From the NCBI GenBank assembly GCA_964508365.1, contig CAZDTP010000021.1, positions 1-13,197 of the forward strand: a DNA stretch of 13,197 nt, in the 5' to 3' direction. The notes beneath the pieces are model-generated. The model was not told the origin of the DNA. It ran no database searches and saw nothing but the letters and a program-made list of their open reading frames with translations. The translations under genes and the position numbers were made by a program. Every line of letters starts with the position of its first letter. The first letter of the stretch is position 1. Shown here piece after piece: positions 5,581-13,197 of the stretch. The DNA is from an uncultured archaeon (GTDB lineage Archaea; Asgardarchaeota; Lokiarchaeia; Sigyniarchaeales; SOKP01).

Positions 5581-6978
5581 CTACAGATTACTTAACCATA
5601 GATTGATCTGTGGAGCAAATATTATTAGCATCAAGAAGAGTATAAATACAATAATGCAATAAAAATCTTTTAATTTAAATTTAGATCTGATTGTAATACT
5701 CTGGCTTCGTCCATGAAATTCTTTCGCTTTTGCACGATAGAATGCTTTCAACCCTTTTTTTGTTAAAAACAACTTATTGTTAATAATTTCGATATAATCC
5801 CCATTTATTAGTTCAGTAATATATTTTACAGCAGTTTTTCCTCCTAAATTAGTATAGAAAAAATCAGCAAATCCCTCGTAATAATGACGCCCAAGAGCTA
5901 ACCCCGTTTCAAAATTATCTACCAATTCTTTAATCGTTAAGCTTTCTCTTCTTATGCTACCTAAAATATATGCAGTTAATCTATTATCATAAATCGTATC
6001 TGCGAATACTCTTATTGAAGTAATATCGAAATTTTCATCTTTCACCAAGATTTCTCTTAAAACTTCTATTCCTTCCTTAAAAACGAAAAAAGCAATAATA
6101 ATTCCAATAACAGAGTCTACAAAATATATATTAAATAACGCAAAAGTAAATCCTATAAGAACTCCAACAGAGATTCTCACATTTAATAGCGAATCCTTAG
6201 AATCGCTTAAGAGAGAAAGATTTCCCGAGGCTCTTCCAACCATACTTTTAAGCATCGCTAAACCTGCATTTAAAGCAACTGACACAAAACCTATAATATA
6301 TGCTTCTACAGTTGGAACAATAGGGGAAAGATTTAATAAAGCCTCAATGCCCGACCAAACAAGGGTTACCCCCGTGAACATCATCAAGCCTATAATTATT
6401 ACACTCGCTAACTTGTCTTTTTTAAGTTTTAGTCCTATTAAACCAACTATTCCTATTTTGAATAAATCTGTAAAGTTCTCGAATCCTTCTGTAAGCATTG
6501 CTTGAGAACCTAATTGTAACCCAGTGAAAATTTTCAATAAAGAAATGACGATTAAAAATATTGCTGTTCCTAACATAACTGTTTTTTCAGATAAAAAAAT
6601 ACGCATATAATGGGAAGTATATAGATTGTGGTGGTAGCTAATTTCAACTAATTTCCTGCCTTCTTCTGTAAGTTTTATTTCACCGTTATTATCTTCAATC
6701 AAACTCTTGCGTATCGCAATTAGATAATATTCTTTTACGTCTTCCTCTCCAACTATTACTTGTGATGTTGATGAAATAAAAAGGTTACACATTTTTTTTT
6801 TGATTTCTTCAATTTTGTTTACCCCATCGTACAAAAAACATAAAAAAGCGTAAAGAAAATTATTATGAGGTTCATAATTTGCAGGATAATACTTAACCAT
6901 TAATTTATAATTGTCATCCCGATGTGATACTCCATGCTTTTTCTGCGTATAATTAGCTTTTAATTCAGCAATTGTCAT
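5581..6978 (-). CDS. Cation diffusion facilitator (CDF) transmembrane domain flanked by two winged-helix-like domains and a final TM helix
   Basis: The core has CDF hallmarks: LKIFTGLQLGSQAMLTEGFENFTD (TM1-2) and GRASGNLSLLSDSKDSLLN...YFVDSVIGIIIAFFVFKEG (TM5-6). Both flanking soluble regions end in a wing-type LTxxG motif (IKLTEEG, LFLTKKG). ATG at 6978 is preferred; the ORF track extends to a TTG at 7017. Confidence 0.8.
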   Translation of the reverse strand: MTIAELKANYTQKKHGVSHRDDNYKLMVKYYPANYEPHNNFLYAFLCFLYDGVNKIEEIKKKMCNLFISSTSQVIVGEEDVKEYYLIAIRKSLIEDNNGEIKLTEEGRKLVEISYHHNLYTSHYMRIFLSEKTVMLGTAIFLIVISLLKIFTGLQLGSQAMLTEGFENFTDLFKIGIVGLIGLKLKKDKLASVIIIGLMMFTGVTLVWSGIEALLNLSPIVPTVEAYIIGFVSVALNAGLAMLKSMVGRASGNLSLLSDSKDSLLNVRISVGVLIGFTFALFNIYFVDSVIGIIIAFFVFKEGIEVLREILVKDENFDITSIRVFADTIYDNRLTAYILGSIRRESLTIKELVDNFETGLALGRHYYEGFADFFYTNLGGKTAVKYITELINGDYIEIINNKLFLTKKGLKAFYRAKAKEFHGRSQSITIRSKFKLKDFYCIIVFILFLMLIIFAPQINLWLSNL

Positions 6979-7117
6979 CAATTTTAAAATTCTCACAAGA
7001 TATTTATATATTTTCAATTAACTGATTCAATTTTATAATAAACCATTATAATCAGATTTAAATTATCGCTTAATTTAGTTATTTTAAACTGGAATACTAA
7101 ATTAAGAGTATAGAACA

Positions 7118-7621
7118 ATGATAGAACCAGAAGAATTCTTAAAATTTTTGAAAGAAAGAAGGAGCATTAGAGCATATCTCGATAAAATGATATCTGATGA
7201 TGAAATTGAAATGATCTTAGAAGCAGGAAGATGGAGTCCAAGTGCTTCAAACAAACAACCCTGGGAATTCATAGTAATTAAAGATCGAGAATTCATTATA
7301 AAAGTTGCCAAAGCCGCTTCATATGGTAGGTTTATAAAAGAGGCACCAGTTTTAATAGCAATTATTGGAAAAACCCGAATTAGCCCAAAATGGTATATCA
7401 TTGATACATCCTTAGTAACAATGAATATGATGTTAATGGCATGGTCATTGGGGATTGGAACATGCTGGATTGGTGCTATGAATAGAGAGAAGGCGAGACA
7501 AATTCTCGAATTGAAAGATTCTGATTATGTAGCAACAATACTACCCTTCGGATATATTAAAGGAAATATCCCTTTACCTACATCAAGAAAAAGCAAAGAA
7601 GAAATTTTTAAAGAGATATAA
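7118..7621 (+). CDS. Nitroreductase family flavoprotein
   Basis: RRSIRAY FMN-binding motif, PSASNKQPWEF, and MLMAWSLGIGTCWIG. Confidence 0.92.
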   Translation: MIEPEEFLKFLKERRSIRAYLDKMISDDEIEMILEAGRWSPSASNKQPWEFIVIKDREFIIKVAKAASYGRFIKEAPVLIAIIGKTRISPKWYIIDTSLVTMNMMLMAWSLGIGTCWIGAMNREKARQILELKDSDYVATILPFGYIKGNIPLPTSRKSKEEIFKEI

Positions 7622-7625
7622 ATTA

Positions 7626-8798
7626 CTAACTTGATAAATTAATTGTAAGTTCCTCCAAATTCTCAGGTGCGCGAGTTAATTTTTGGTAACCATCTTCGGT
7701 TATCAGAAGTGTGTCTGAATGTCGAAATCCTCCCAACCCTGGAATATAAATTCCCGGTTCAACACTGATTAACATATTTGGTTCGAGAGGTCTATCGTAC
7801 CCTTCAGCTAAATAAGGTGCTTCATGACCCGTAATTCCAAGCCCATGTCCAGTGCGATGAATTATATAATCACCGTAGCCTTTCTCCGTTATAAACTTTC
7901 TTACTTTTTTATCTATCTCGCTCATAATTGTTCCTGGTTTTAACATGCTATAAGCCAATTCTCTGGCTTGGAACATAACCTCAAAGGGTTTCTTAGCTTT
8001 TTCAGGGACATATCCTAAGAAGAAGGTTCTTTCTATTTCAACCCCATACCCATCTACTTGAGCAGTTACTATGGAAACATGCGGTCCACCCTCTTCCATC
8101 TCAGCAAAAATTTTAGGTATTATATGAGGGTCGTGAGAAAAAGACGGAGGCCACACAGCAGCAACAGTCTTACAAACTATGAAATTGGCCTCTGGGATAT
8201 CTGTAATTATTTTTGAAGTCATGGATCCTGTGATTTTTTGATACAAAGCAAACTCGTGTAATCCCGGTTTACACATTTTAAGTAATTCTTTATGCCCTCT
8301 ATTTATAATCTTGCAGGCATGTACAGATCTCCCTACTTCATAGTCTGTTTTAATTATACGGATTTCATCTATTATATCAGTGATAACTTTATTTCCAGGT
8401 GTTTTATCAGCAATCCCTGAGGGTAATGCAGCTTCGATTCCAACTTTTTTGTCATTGTCAATTAGAGGTTGGTATATATCGTACCAATTCTCTCCATGTG
8501 GAGCGGGAAATTCGTAATAGCTATAAAAATCCAGTTCACAAAGCGTTCTCGATTCAACGTGACTTTTTTCTAAGAGAGGGACTACCATTTTTGGGATACC
8601 TTCTCTTTCTATAATAAGAATAAATGGGCGTTCGTGTACATTATTAGCAAAGTTAGTTAAATAATAGATGTTGACTGGATCAAACGATACATAGTAATCC
8701 AAATTCTCTTCTTTCATCATGTTCCTTACTTTATCTAATCGATTAGAAAGTTCATCTCGGTTTGGAGGTGCTGTTATACCTTTTATCTTACTATTCAT
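7626..8798 (-). CDS. M24-fold (pita-bread) hydrolase, creatinase/ectoine-hydrolase-like, with an incomplete metal site
   Basis: Creatinase_N-like region followed by GYGVEIERT, HRTGHGLG..GHEAP, SVEPGIY and GFRHSDT. ATG at 8798 (MNSKIKG) is preferred; the ORF track extends to 8867. Confidence 0.85.
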   Translation of the reverse strand: MNSKIKGITAPPNRDELSNRLDKVRNMMKEENLDYYVSFDPVNIYYLTNFANNVHERPFILIIEREGIPKMVVPLLEKSHVESRTLCELDFYSYYEFPAPHGENWYDIYQPLIDNDKKVGIEAALPSGIADKTPGNKVITDIIDEIRIIKTDYEVGRSVHACKIINRGHKELLKMCKPGLHEFALYQKITGSMTSKIITDIPEANFIVCKTVAAVWPPSFSHDPHIIPKIFAEMEEGGPHVSIVTAQVDGYGVEIERTFFLGYVPEKAKKPFEVMFQARELAYSMLKPGTIMSEIDKKVRKFITEKGYGDYIIHRTGHGLGITGHEAPYLAEGYDRPLEPNMLISVEPGIYIPGLGGFRHSDTLLITEDGYQKLTRAPENLEELTINLSS

Positions 8799-8948
8799 GA
8801 GTTTTATCTCAATAGTTTTTCGTAATTTTAAATTTGAATAAGAAATTTCGTTTAAAAAACTTACCAAATCTTAAAACTTCATAGATTTTAGGAAAGAACT
8901 ATAGCAATAATCTTTAAAATATGCGAAAAATCTTAATTATTAATTGTA

Positions 8949-8973
8949 AAAAATGCAAATTTAAAAATGCAAA
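8949..8973 (+). repeat. Tandem 11-bp direct repeat AAAAATGCAAA upstream of the AbfD-like gene
   Basis: Exact copies at 8949-8959 and 8963-8973. A degenerate copy (AATATGCGAAA) lies at 8918-8928. Confidence 0.5.
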
Positions 8974-8975
8974 GT

Positions 8976-8982
8976 AAGGAGG
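8976..8982 (+). promoter_or_regulatory. Ribosome-binding site supporting the TTG start at 8992
   Basis: AAGGAGG 9 nt upstream of TTG. Confidence 0.75.
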
Positions 8983-8991
8983 ATAAAGAAA

Positions 8992-10524
8992 TTGAAAACA
9001 TTCGAAGATTATTATAATAGACTTGTAAAAATGAAACCAAATATTTATATTGGTGACGAAGTAGTAGGTCGAGACGACCCCAGATTACGAGGTGGAATGA
9101 ACATAATTAAAGTTACATATGATTGCGCACATGATGAAGAATTCGAGGATTTATGTGTAGTAAACTCTCATATAACTGGAAAGAAGATAAACCGGTTTTG
9201 CCACATCCATCAGAGCGAAGATGATCTTTTAAAGAAGCAGTTAATGACGCGATTATTATGTCATCGAGTAGGGGGGTGCATTCAAAGGTGTATGGGTATT
9301 GATGCTTTAAACGCACTTTCTGTAATTACATACGAGTTAGACCAAGCGCTTGGAACCGATCACTACGAAAGGTTTAAGAAGTATTTAGAATATTTTCAAG
9401 AAAACGATTTAGTAGCGAGCTGTGCACAAACGGATGCTAAAGGAGATCGTTTGAAGAGACCTCACGAACAAGAAGATCCAGATCAATATTTAAGAGTTAT
9501 TGAAACGAGAGAGGATGGAATCGTTGTTAGAGGGTGTAAAATTAGCATTACAAACACACCATACGCAGATGAGATGGTTGTAGTCCCTTGTAGGTATATG
9601 GGCCCAGAAGATAAAGATTACGCCGTAGCATTTGCATTACCTACAGATTGGGATGGAGTTAAACTATTAACAAGACCTGCTAAATTTAGAAAAAGTGAAC
9701 ACATGGAATTTCCTGCTGGGAATTTTGGAGACGCTGAGACTTTTATTATCTTTGACGATGTTTTTGTTCCCAACGATAGGGTTTTTTTAAATGGCAATGG
9801 AGATCCTAGGCAAACTGCATATGCTGGCTTTTTAGCACTTATGTTTGCTCACTATCACCGCCATAGTTATACTGGCTGTAAGCCTGCCATAACAGAAGTC
9901 ATAGCGAGTGCTGCAGCATTAGTTGCAGAATATAACGGCATTGAAAAAACATCCCATGTTCAAGACAAACTTTCTCACCTAATAGGTACTGCGGAACTCG
10001 TTTTTGCTGCCGGTGAATCTAGTGCAAAACACTCTGAAAAAGCTCCTTCTGGAACACAAGTTCCTGACGAGATCTTAACCAATGCAGGAAGGAGACTTGC
10101 TGGAGAAATGATTTATGATGAGTATAAAGTATTAGCAGACATTTCTGGTGGTCTTATAGCAACACTACCATACGAAGGATCGTTCTTCTCTGAAGATGTT
10201 GGCGAACTTGCTATGAAATATATGAAGAGAAATCCAAGAGTTAAACCAGAAAATGTTTTACGTTGTTTTAGAGGCATTGAAGCTTTTGCGGTTTCAGAAA
10301 TAGCAGGTCTATTACAAGTAGCTGGCTTACATGGTGGAGGATCGCCTTCAATGGAAACTATAACTATGATGATGCGCTATGATCTTGAGAAATTGAAAAA
10401 TATTTCTAAGTACCTTTTTGGAATTAAACCCAATTTGAAAAGATACGAAAGACCAACTGTTACTCCTAGAAAACAACTTGAGAAATTTCGAAAAGCTATG
10501 AAAGGGAAAAAATTAGATAAGTAA
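8992..10524 (+). CDS. 4-hydroxybutyryl-CoA dehydratase (AbfD)-like FAD/[4Fe-4S] enzyme of the HpaB/acyl-CoA dehydrogenase fold
   Basis: C96-IQR-C100 and H289-RHSYTG-C296-K297 match the AbfD cluster ligands C99/C103/H292/C299 with a constant offset of 3. Also AQTDAKGDR, E-TFIIFDDVFVP and LHGGGSP. Confidence 0.85.
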   Translation: MKTFEDYYNRLVKMKPNIYIGDEVVGRDDPRLRGGMNIIKVTYDCAHDEEFEDLCVVNSHITGKKINRFCHIHQSEDDLLKKQLMTRLLCHRVGGCIQRCMGIDALNALSVITYELDQALGTDHYERFKKYLEYFQENDLVASCAQTDAKGDRLKRPHEQEDPDQYLRVIETREDGIVVRGCKISITNTPYADEMVVVPCRYMGPEDKDYAVAFALPTDWDGVKLLTRPAKFRKSEHMEFPAGNFGDAETFIIFDDVFVPNDRVFLNGNGDPRQTAYAGFLALMFAHYHRHSYTGCKPAITEVIASAAALVAEYNGIEKTSHVQDKLSHLIGTAELVFAAGESSAKHSEKAPSGTQVPDEILTNAGRRLAGEMIYDEYKVLADISGGLIATLPYEGSFFSEDVGELAMKYMKRNPRVKPENVLRCFRGIEAFAVSEIAGLLQVAGLHGGGSPSMETITMMMRYDLEKLKNISKYLFGIKPNLKRYERPTVTPRKQLEKFRKAMKGKKLDK

Positions 10525-10547
10525 ATCATTGATTTCATTACAATTTT

Positions 10548-11315
10548 TTACTCTTTCTTAACAAATTTTTCCATTCTTTTTTTAAGTTCTTCAGATTGCC
10601 CAGTTGTAATCATTGCTATTGATTCGCGTGCTAAAACGGATTCAATACTTAAATCTTGATTTTCATTTATAAACTTCTTTATATACTGAAGAGCAAGGTG
10701 GTCTCTTGACACAATTATATTAGCAGTTTTTTTTAAGATTCTTGATAGGCTTGGTGTTGGACATACTTGATTAACCAGCCCTATTCTATGTGCTTCTTCA
10801 GCAGAGAGTTCTTTACCCATTATCATCAATTCTTTGGCTCTTGCTTCCCCTATTATTCTAGGTAAAAGTTTAGTCGAAGCATTAGAAAAGAAAAGCCCTA
10901 CTCCGACTTCAGGAAGCATAATTCGTGTATCTTCTGCTGCGATTTTATAATCACAGATGAGAGTATGTTCAAATCCACCCCCTATCACCCACCCATGGTA
11001 GCCAACTATTATTATCCCTGGATGGGCAATCATTTTTCGCGTTAGAATTTGCCAAGATTCAAGAAACTCTATTGCTTCTGCAAGTCGTTCTTTATTTGTA
11101 AGCAATTCATAACCATACTTCAGATCAGCTCCTACTGTAAAATGCTTCCCATTAGCTGCATAAATAACACAAACATCTCTATTCTCTGCACTTAATTCGA
11201 AATAATCCCCTAGACGTTTAAGGAGTGGAAGATCAATTGTGTTTCTTTGATCTGGTTTGTTGAGTGTGATCTTTCCTATATTTCCCTCTTTTTCATATAA
11301 AACAACATCATCCAC
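10548..11315 (-). CDS. Enoyl-CoA hydratase/isomerase (crotonase) family
   Basis: ITLNKPDQRN, HFTVGADL, GWVIGGGFE and LPEVGVG; both crotonase catalytic Glu positions are present. GTG start with GAGG 8 nt upstream. Confidence 0.92.
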   Translation of the reverse strand: MDDVVLYEKEGNIGKITLNKPDQRNTIDLPLLKRLGDYFELSAENRDVCVIYAANGKHFTVGADLKYGYELLTNKERLAEAIEFLESWQILTRKMIAHPGIIIVGYHGWVIGGGFEHTLICDYKIAAEDTRIMLPEVGVGLFFSNASTKLLPRIIGEARAKELMIMGKELSAEEAHRIGLVNQVCPTPSLSRILKKTANIIVSRDHLALQYIKKFINENQDLSIESVLARESIAMITTGQSEELKKRMEKFVKKE

Positions 11316-11382
11316 TATGAGAACCTCTTATAATTTTGTTTATTAAAAAGCAGAATTTTATAGAAAATTAAAATATTCTCAA

Positions 11383-11432
11383 TTAATTAGAGGAAATTGA
11401 AATTTTCACCACTTAATTTCCTTCTAAATTAA
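11383..11432. repeat. Imperfect inverted repeat in the divergent crotonase/GH57 intergenic region
   Basis: TTAATTAGAGGAAATT (11383-11398) pairs with AATTTCCTTCTAAATTAA (11415-11432): 16 bp with two single-base bulges and a 16-nt spacer. Confidence 0.5.
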
Positions 11433-11592
11433 TATTTTGCTTAAATTAGTTGCTATTTTAGAAATAATTTTTTAAATAATATTTATATCTTCTCACAAAA
11501 CTACATTGAAAGGTAGATCATTTTAACATAAAAATAAGTATAACAAAACCCTAGTTAATGTATTAGGAATAATACTAATTTTGAAAATATAA

Positions 11593-13185
11593 ATGACTAA
11601 AGGATATTTTGGATTATTATTGCATGGTCATATACCTTGGTGTAAGAAGAGCGGGGTGTGGCCTGCAGGAGAACAGTGGTATACTGAAGCAGCTCTGGAA
11701 ACTTATATCCCTCTATTGAATGTTCTAAGGGAGCTTAAAGAAAAAAGAATTAAGACTGCATTAACAATTAATATCACCCCAATATTGGCAGAAACGATGG
11801 CCGATAACTACATGAAAGAACGCTTTATTCAATATGTTGAAGACTTAATAAAAAGAGCTAAATCTGACATTCAAAAATATACTAATCATCCTTCAAGAAA
11901 GAAAATTGCCGAATTTTATTTGCATAATTTTGAAAATAACCTTTCTACTTTTTATCATAATTATTACACCGACCTTTTAGGTACCTTTAAATGGTTTCAA
12001 GATGAGAAGATGATAGAATTAATAACATGTGCCGCAACTCATGGTTTTTTACCACTTTTTGAGCGAGATTCTAGCATTTTTTCTCAGATACAACTTGCTG
12101 TTGAGACCCACAAAAAATACTTTAAGAAAGAACCAAAAGGTATATGGCTTCCCGAATGTGCGTATCGTCCTAAAAAGAAACTTGGAAATACACTACGAGA
12201 AAGCATTGATTACTGGCTACACAACTCTGGGATAGAATATTTTTTTGTTGATTCTCATGGAATTTTAACTGCTGAGATTATTGAGAGTAAAAACCAATTA
12301 GGTTTAAACACTAACTTTGGATATAATTTAGAAACCGGAGTTTCAGTTTTTGGTAGGAATATAAACACGAGCAGACAAGTATGGGATGCACAAATAGGGT
12401 ATCCTGGTAATGGATATTATAGAGAATTTCATAAAAAAGATTATGATTCTGGATTACAATATTGGAGGATTACAGATAAATCCATTGGCAGCGAGCAGAA
12501 GGAACTATATGATATAGAAAGAGCCCAAGAGAATGTTAAGTTTGACGCAGATCATTTTGTTTCTTCTCTTCAAAAAGAAGTGGCATCATTTTCAAGTAAA
12601 TATAACGAGAAAGGCATTATTGTATCCCCCTATGATTTTGAACTGTTTGGTCATTGGTGGATGGAGGGAATAACATGGCTTAAAAGAGTCTTTGAATTAA
12701 TACATGGAGAAAAAGACATCAAGATGATATCATTTTCAGCATTTCTTTCTAAAAATAAAGATAAGTTTTCTATTATTAAGATGAAGGAAAGTAGTTGGGG
12801 TGAAGGCGGTCATTTTCAAGTTTGGAAAAATCCAGAACATGGCTGGATGTGGCCTTATATTAATAGTTCTATGACAGAGTTTGAAAATGTTCTAGCATTA
12901 TATCCGAATCCTAACCAATCACAACAAAGGACTTTAAAACAGATTGCTAGAGAACTATTATTAATGGAAGGAAGCGATTGGCCATTTCTCTTATATACTA
13001 AGCAAGCTAAAGATTATGCTAATCAACGTTTTCACCATCATCATCAAAGATTTAATAAATTAATTTGGGCGGCTAAAAATTTCAATGATAAAAGCCGGTT
13101 ATCCAAAAGCGAATTAGAAGAAATTGAGTCCATTGACTCTTGTTTCCAAGATATCAATTTAGACTATTTTCGTAAGATAGATTAA
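11593..13185 (+). CDS. GH57 1,4-alpha-glucan branching enzyme (DUF1957 C-terminal domain)
   Basis: GH57 conserved regions: HGHIPW, ETYIPLL, ATHGFLP, GIWLPECAY (nucleophile E188), PYDFELFGHWWMEG (acid/base D348), SSWGEGG, RELLLMEGSDWPF. Confidence 0.93.
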   Translation: MTKGYFGLLLHGHIPWCKKSGVWPAGEQWYTEAALETYIPLLNVLRELKEKRIKTALTINITPILAETMADNYMKERFIQYVEDLIKRAKSDIQKYTNHPSRKKIAEFYLHNFENNLSTFYHNYYTDLLGTFKWFQDEKMIELITCAATHGFLPLFERDSSIFSQIQLAVETHKKYFKKEPKGIWLPECAYRPKKKLGNTLRESIDYWLHNSGIEYFFVDSHGILTAEIIESKNQLGLNTNFGYNLETGVSVFGRNINTSRQVWDAQIGYPGNGYYREFHKKDYDSGLQYWRITDKSIGSEQKELYDIERAQENVKFDADHFVSSLQKEVASFSSKYNEKGIIVSPYDFELFGHWWMEGITWLKRVFELIHGEKDIKMISFSAFLSKNKDKFSIIKMKESSWGEGGHFQVWKNPEHGWMWPYINSSMTEFENVLALYPNPNQSQQRTLKQIARELLLMEGSDWPFLLYTKQAKDYANQRFHHHHQRFNKLIWAAKNFNDKSRLSKSELEEIESIDSCFQDINLDYFRKID

Positions 13186-13188
13186 CTA

Positions 13189-13195
13189 TTTTTTT
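13189..13195 (+). terminator. Putative T-tract terminator after the GH57 gene
   Basis: T7 begins 3 nt after the stop codon; the window ends right after it. Confidence 0.4.
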
Positions 13196-13197
13196 AA

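Noticed and set aside
2298-9316. Short ORFs 2298-2606(-), 4736-4933(-), 5153-5368(-), 7102-7401(-), 8399-8614(+) and 9113-9316(-)
   Set aside because: Each lies antisense to a well-supported gene and has no family motif.
8992-10524. 4-hydroxyphenylacetate 3-monooxygenase (HpaB) call
   Set aside because: The [4Fe-4S] ligands characteristic of AbfD are present; HpaB does not use such a cluster.
12029-12235. 68-aa ORF inside the GH57 gene
   Set aside because: Out-of-frame overlap within a strongly conserved coding region.

Overview
AT-rich (roughly 30% GC by eye) chromosomal window with no mobile element, CRISPR array or RNA gene that I can see. Gene style and architectures suggest an archaeon, possibly Asgard/Lokiarchaeia-like; this is inference. 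The left end holds a >609-aa minus-strand ORF missing from the supplied ORF track because it runs off the edge. It has a TrmB-like winged helix followed by ~500 aa of coiled-coil-like sequence with 22-residue periodicity and a central basic/aromatic motif. Next are two tandem membrane proteins with apparently paralogous, sequon-rich ectodomains. The first ends in a cysteine-free GPS/GAIN-like W..W..H-F-S motif just before its TM helix. The second lacks that motif and carries a cytoplasmic double winged-helix. Together they look like a two-gene transmembrane signalling module, the best candidate for an undescribed system here. The rest is metabolic: an Xaa-Pro peptidase, a CDF-type transporter core flanked by two winged-helix-like domains, a nitroreductase, an M24-fold hydrolase with altered metal ligands, an AbfD-like Fe-S/flavin enzyme apparently lacking one catalytic Glu, an enoyl-CoA hydratase and a GH57 branching enzyme. 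All alignments were done by eye from remembered family motifs; no searches were run.
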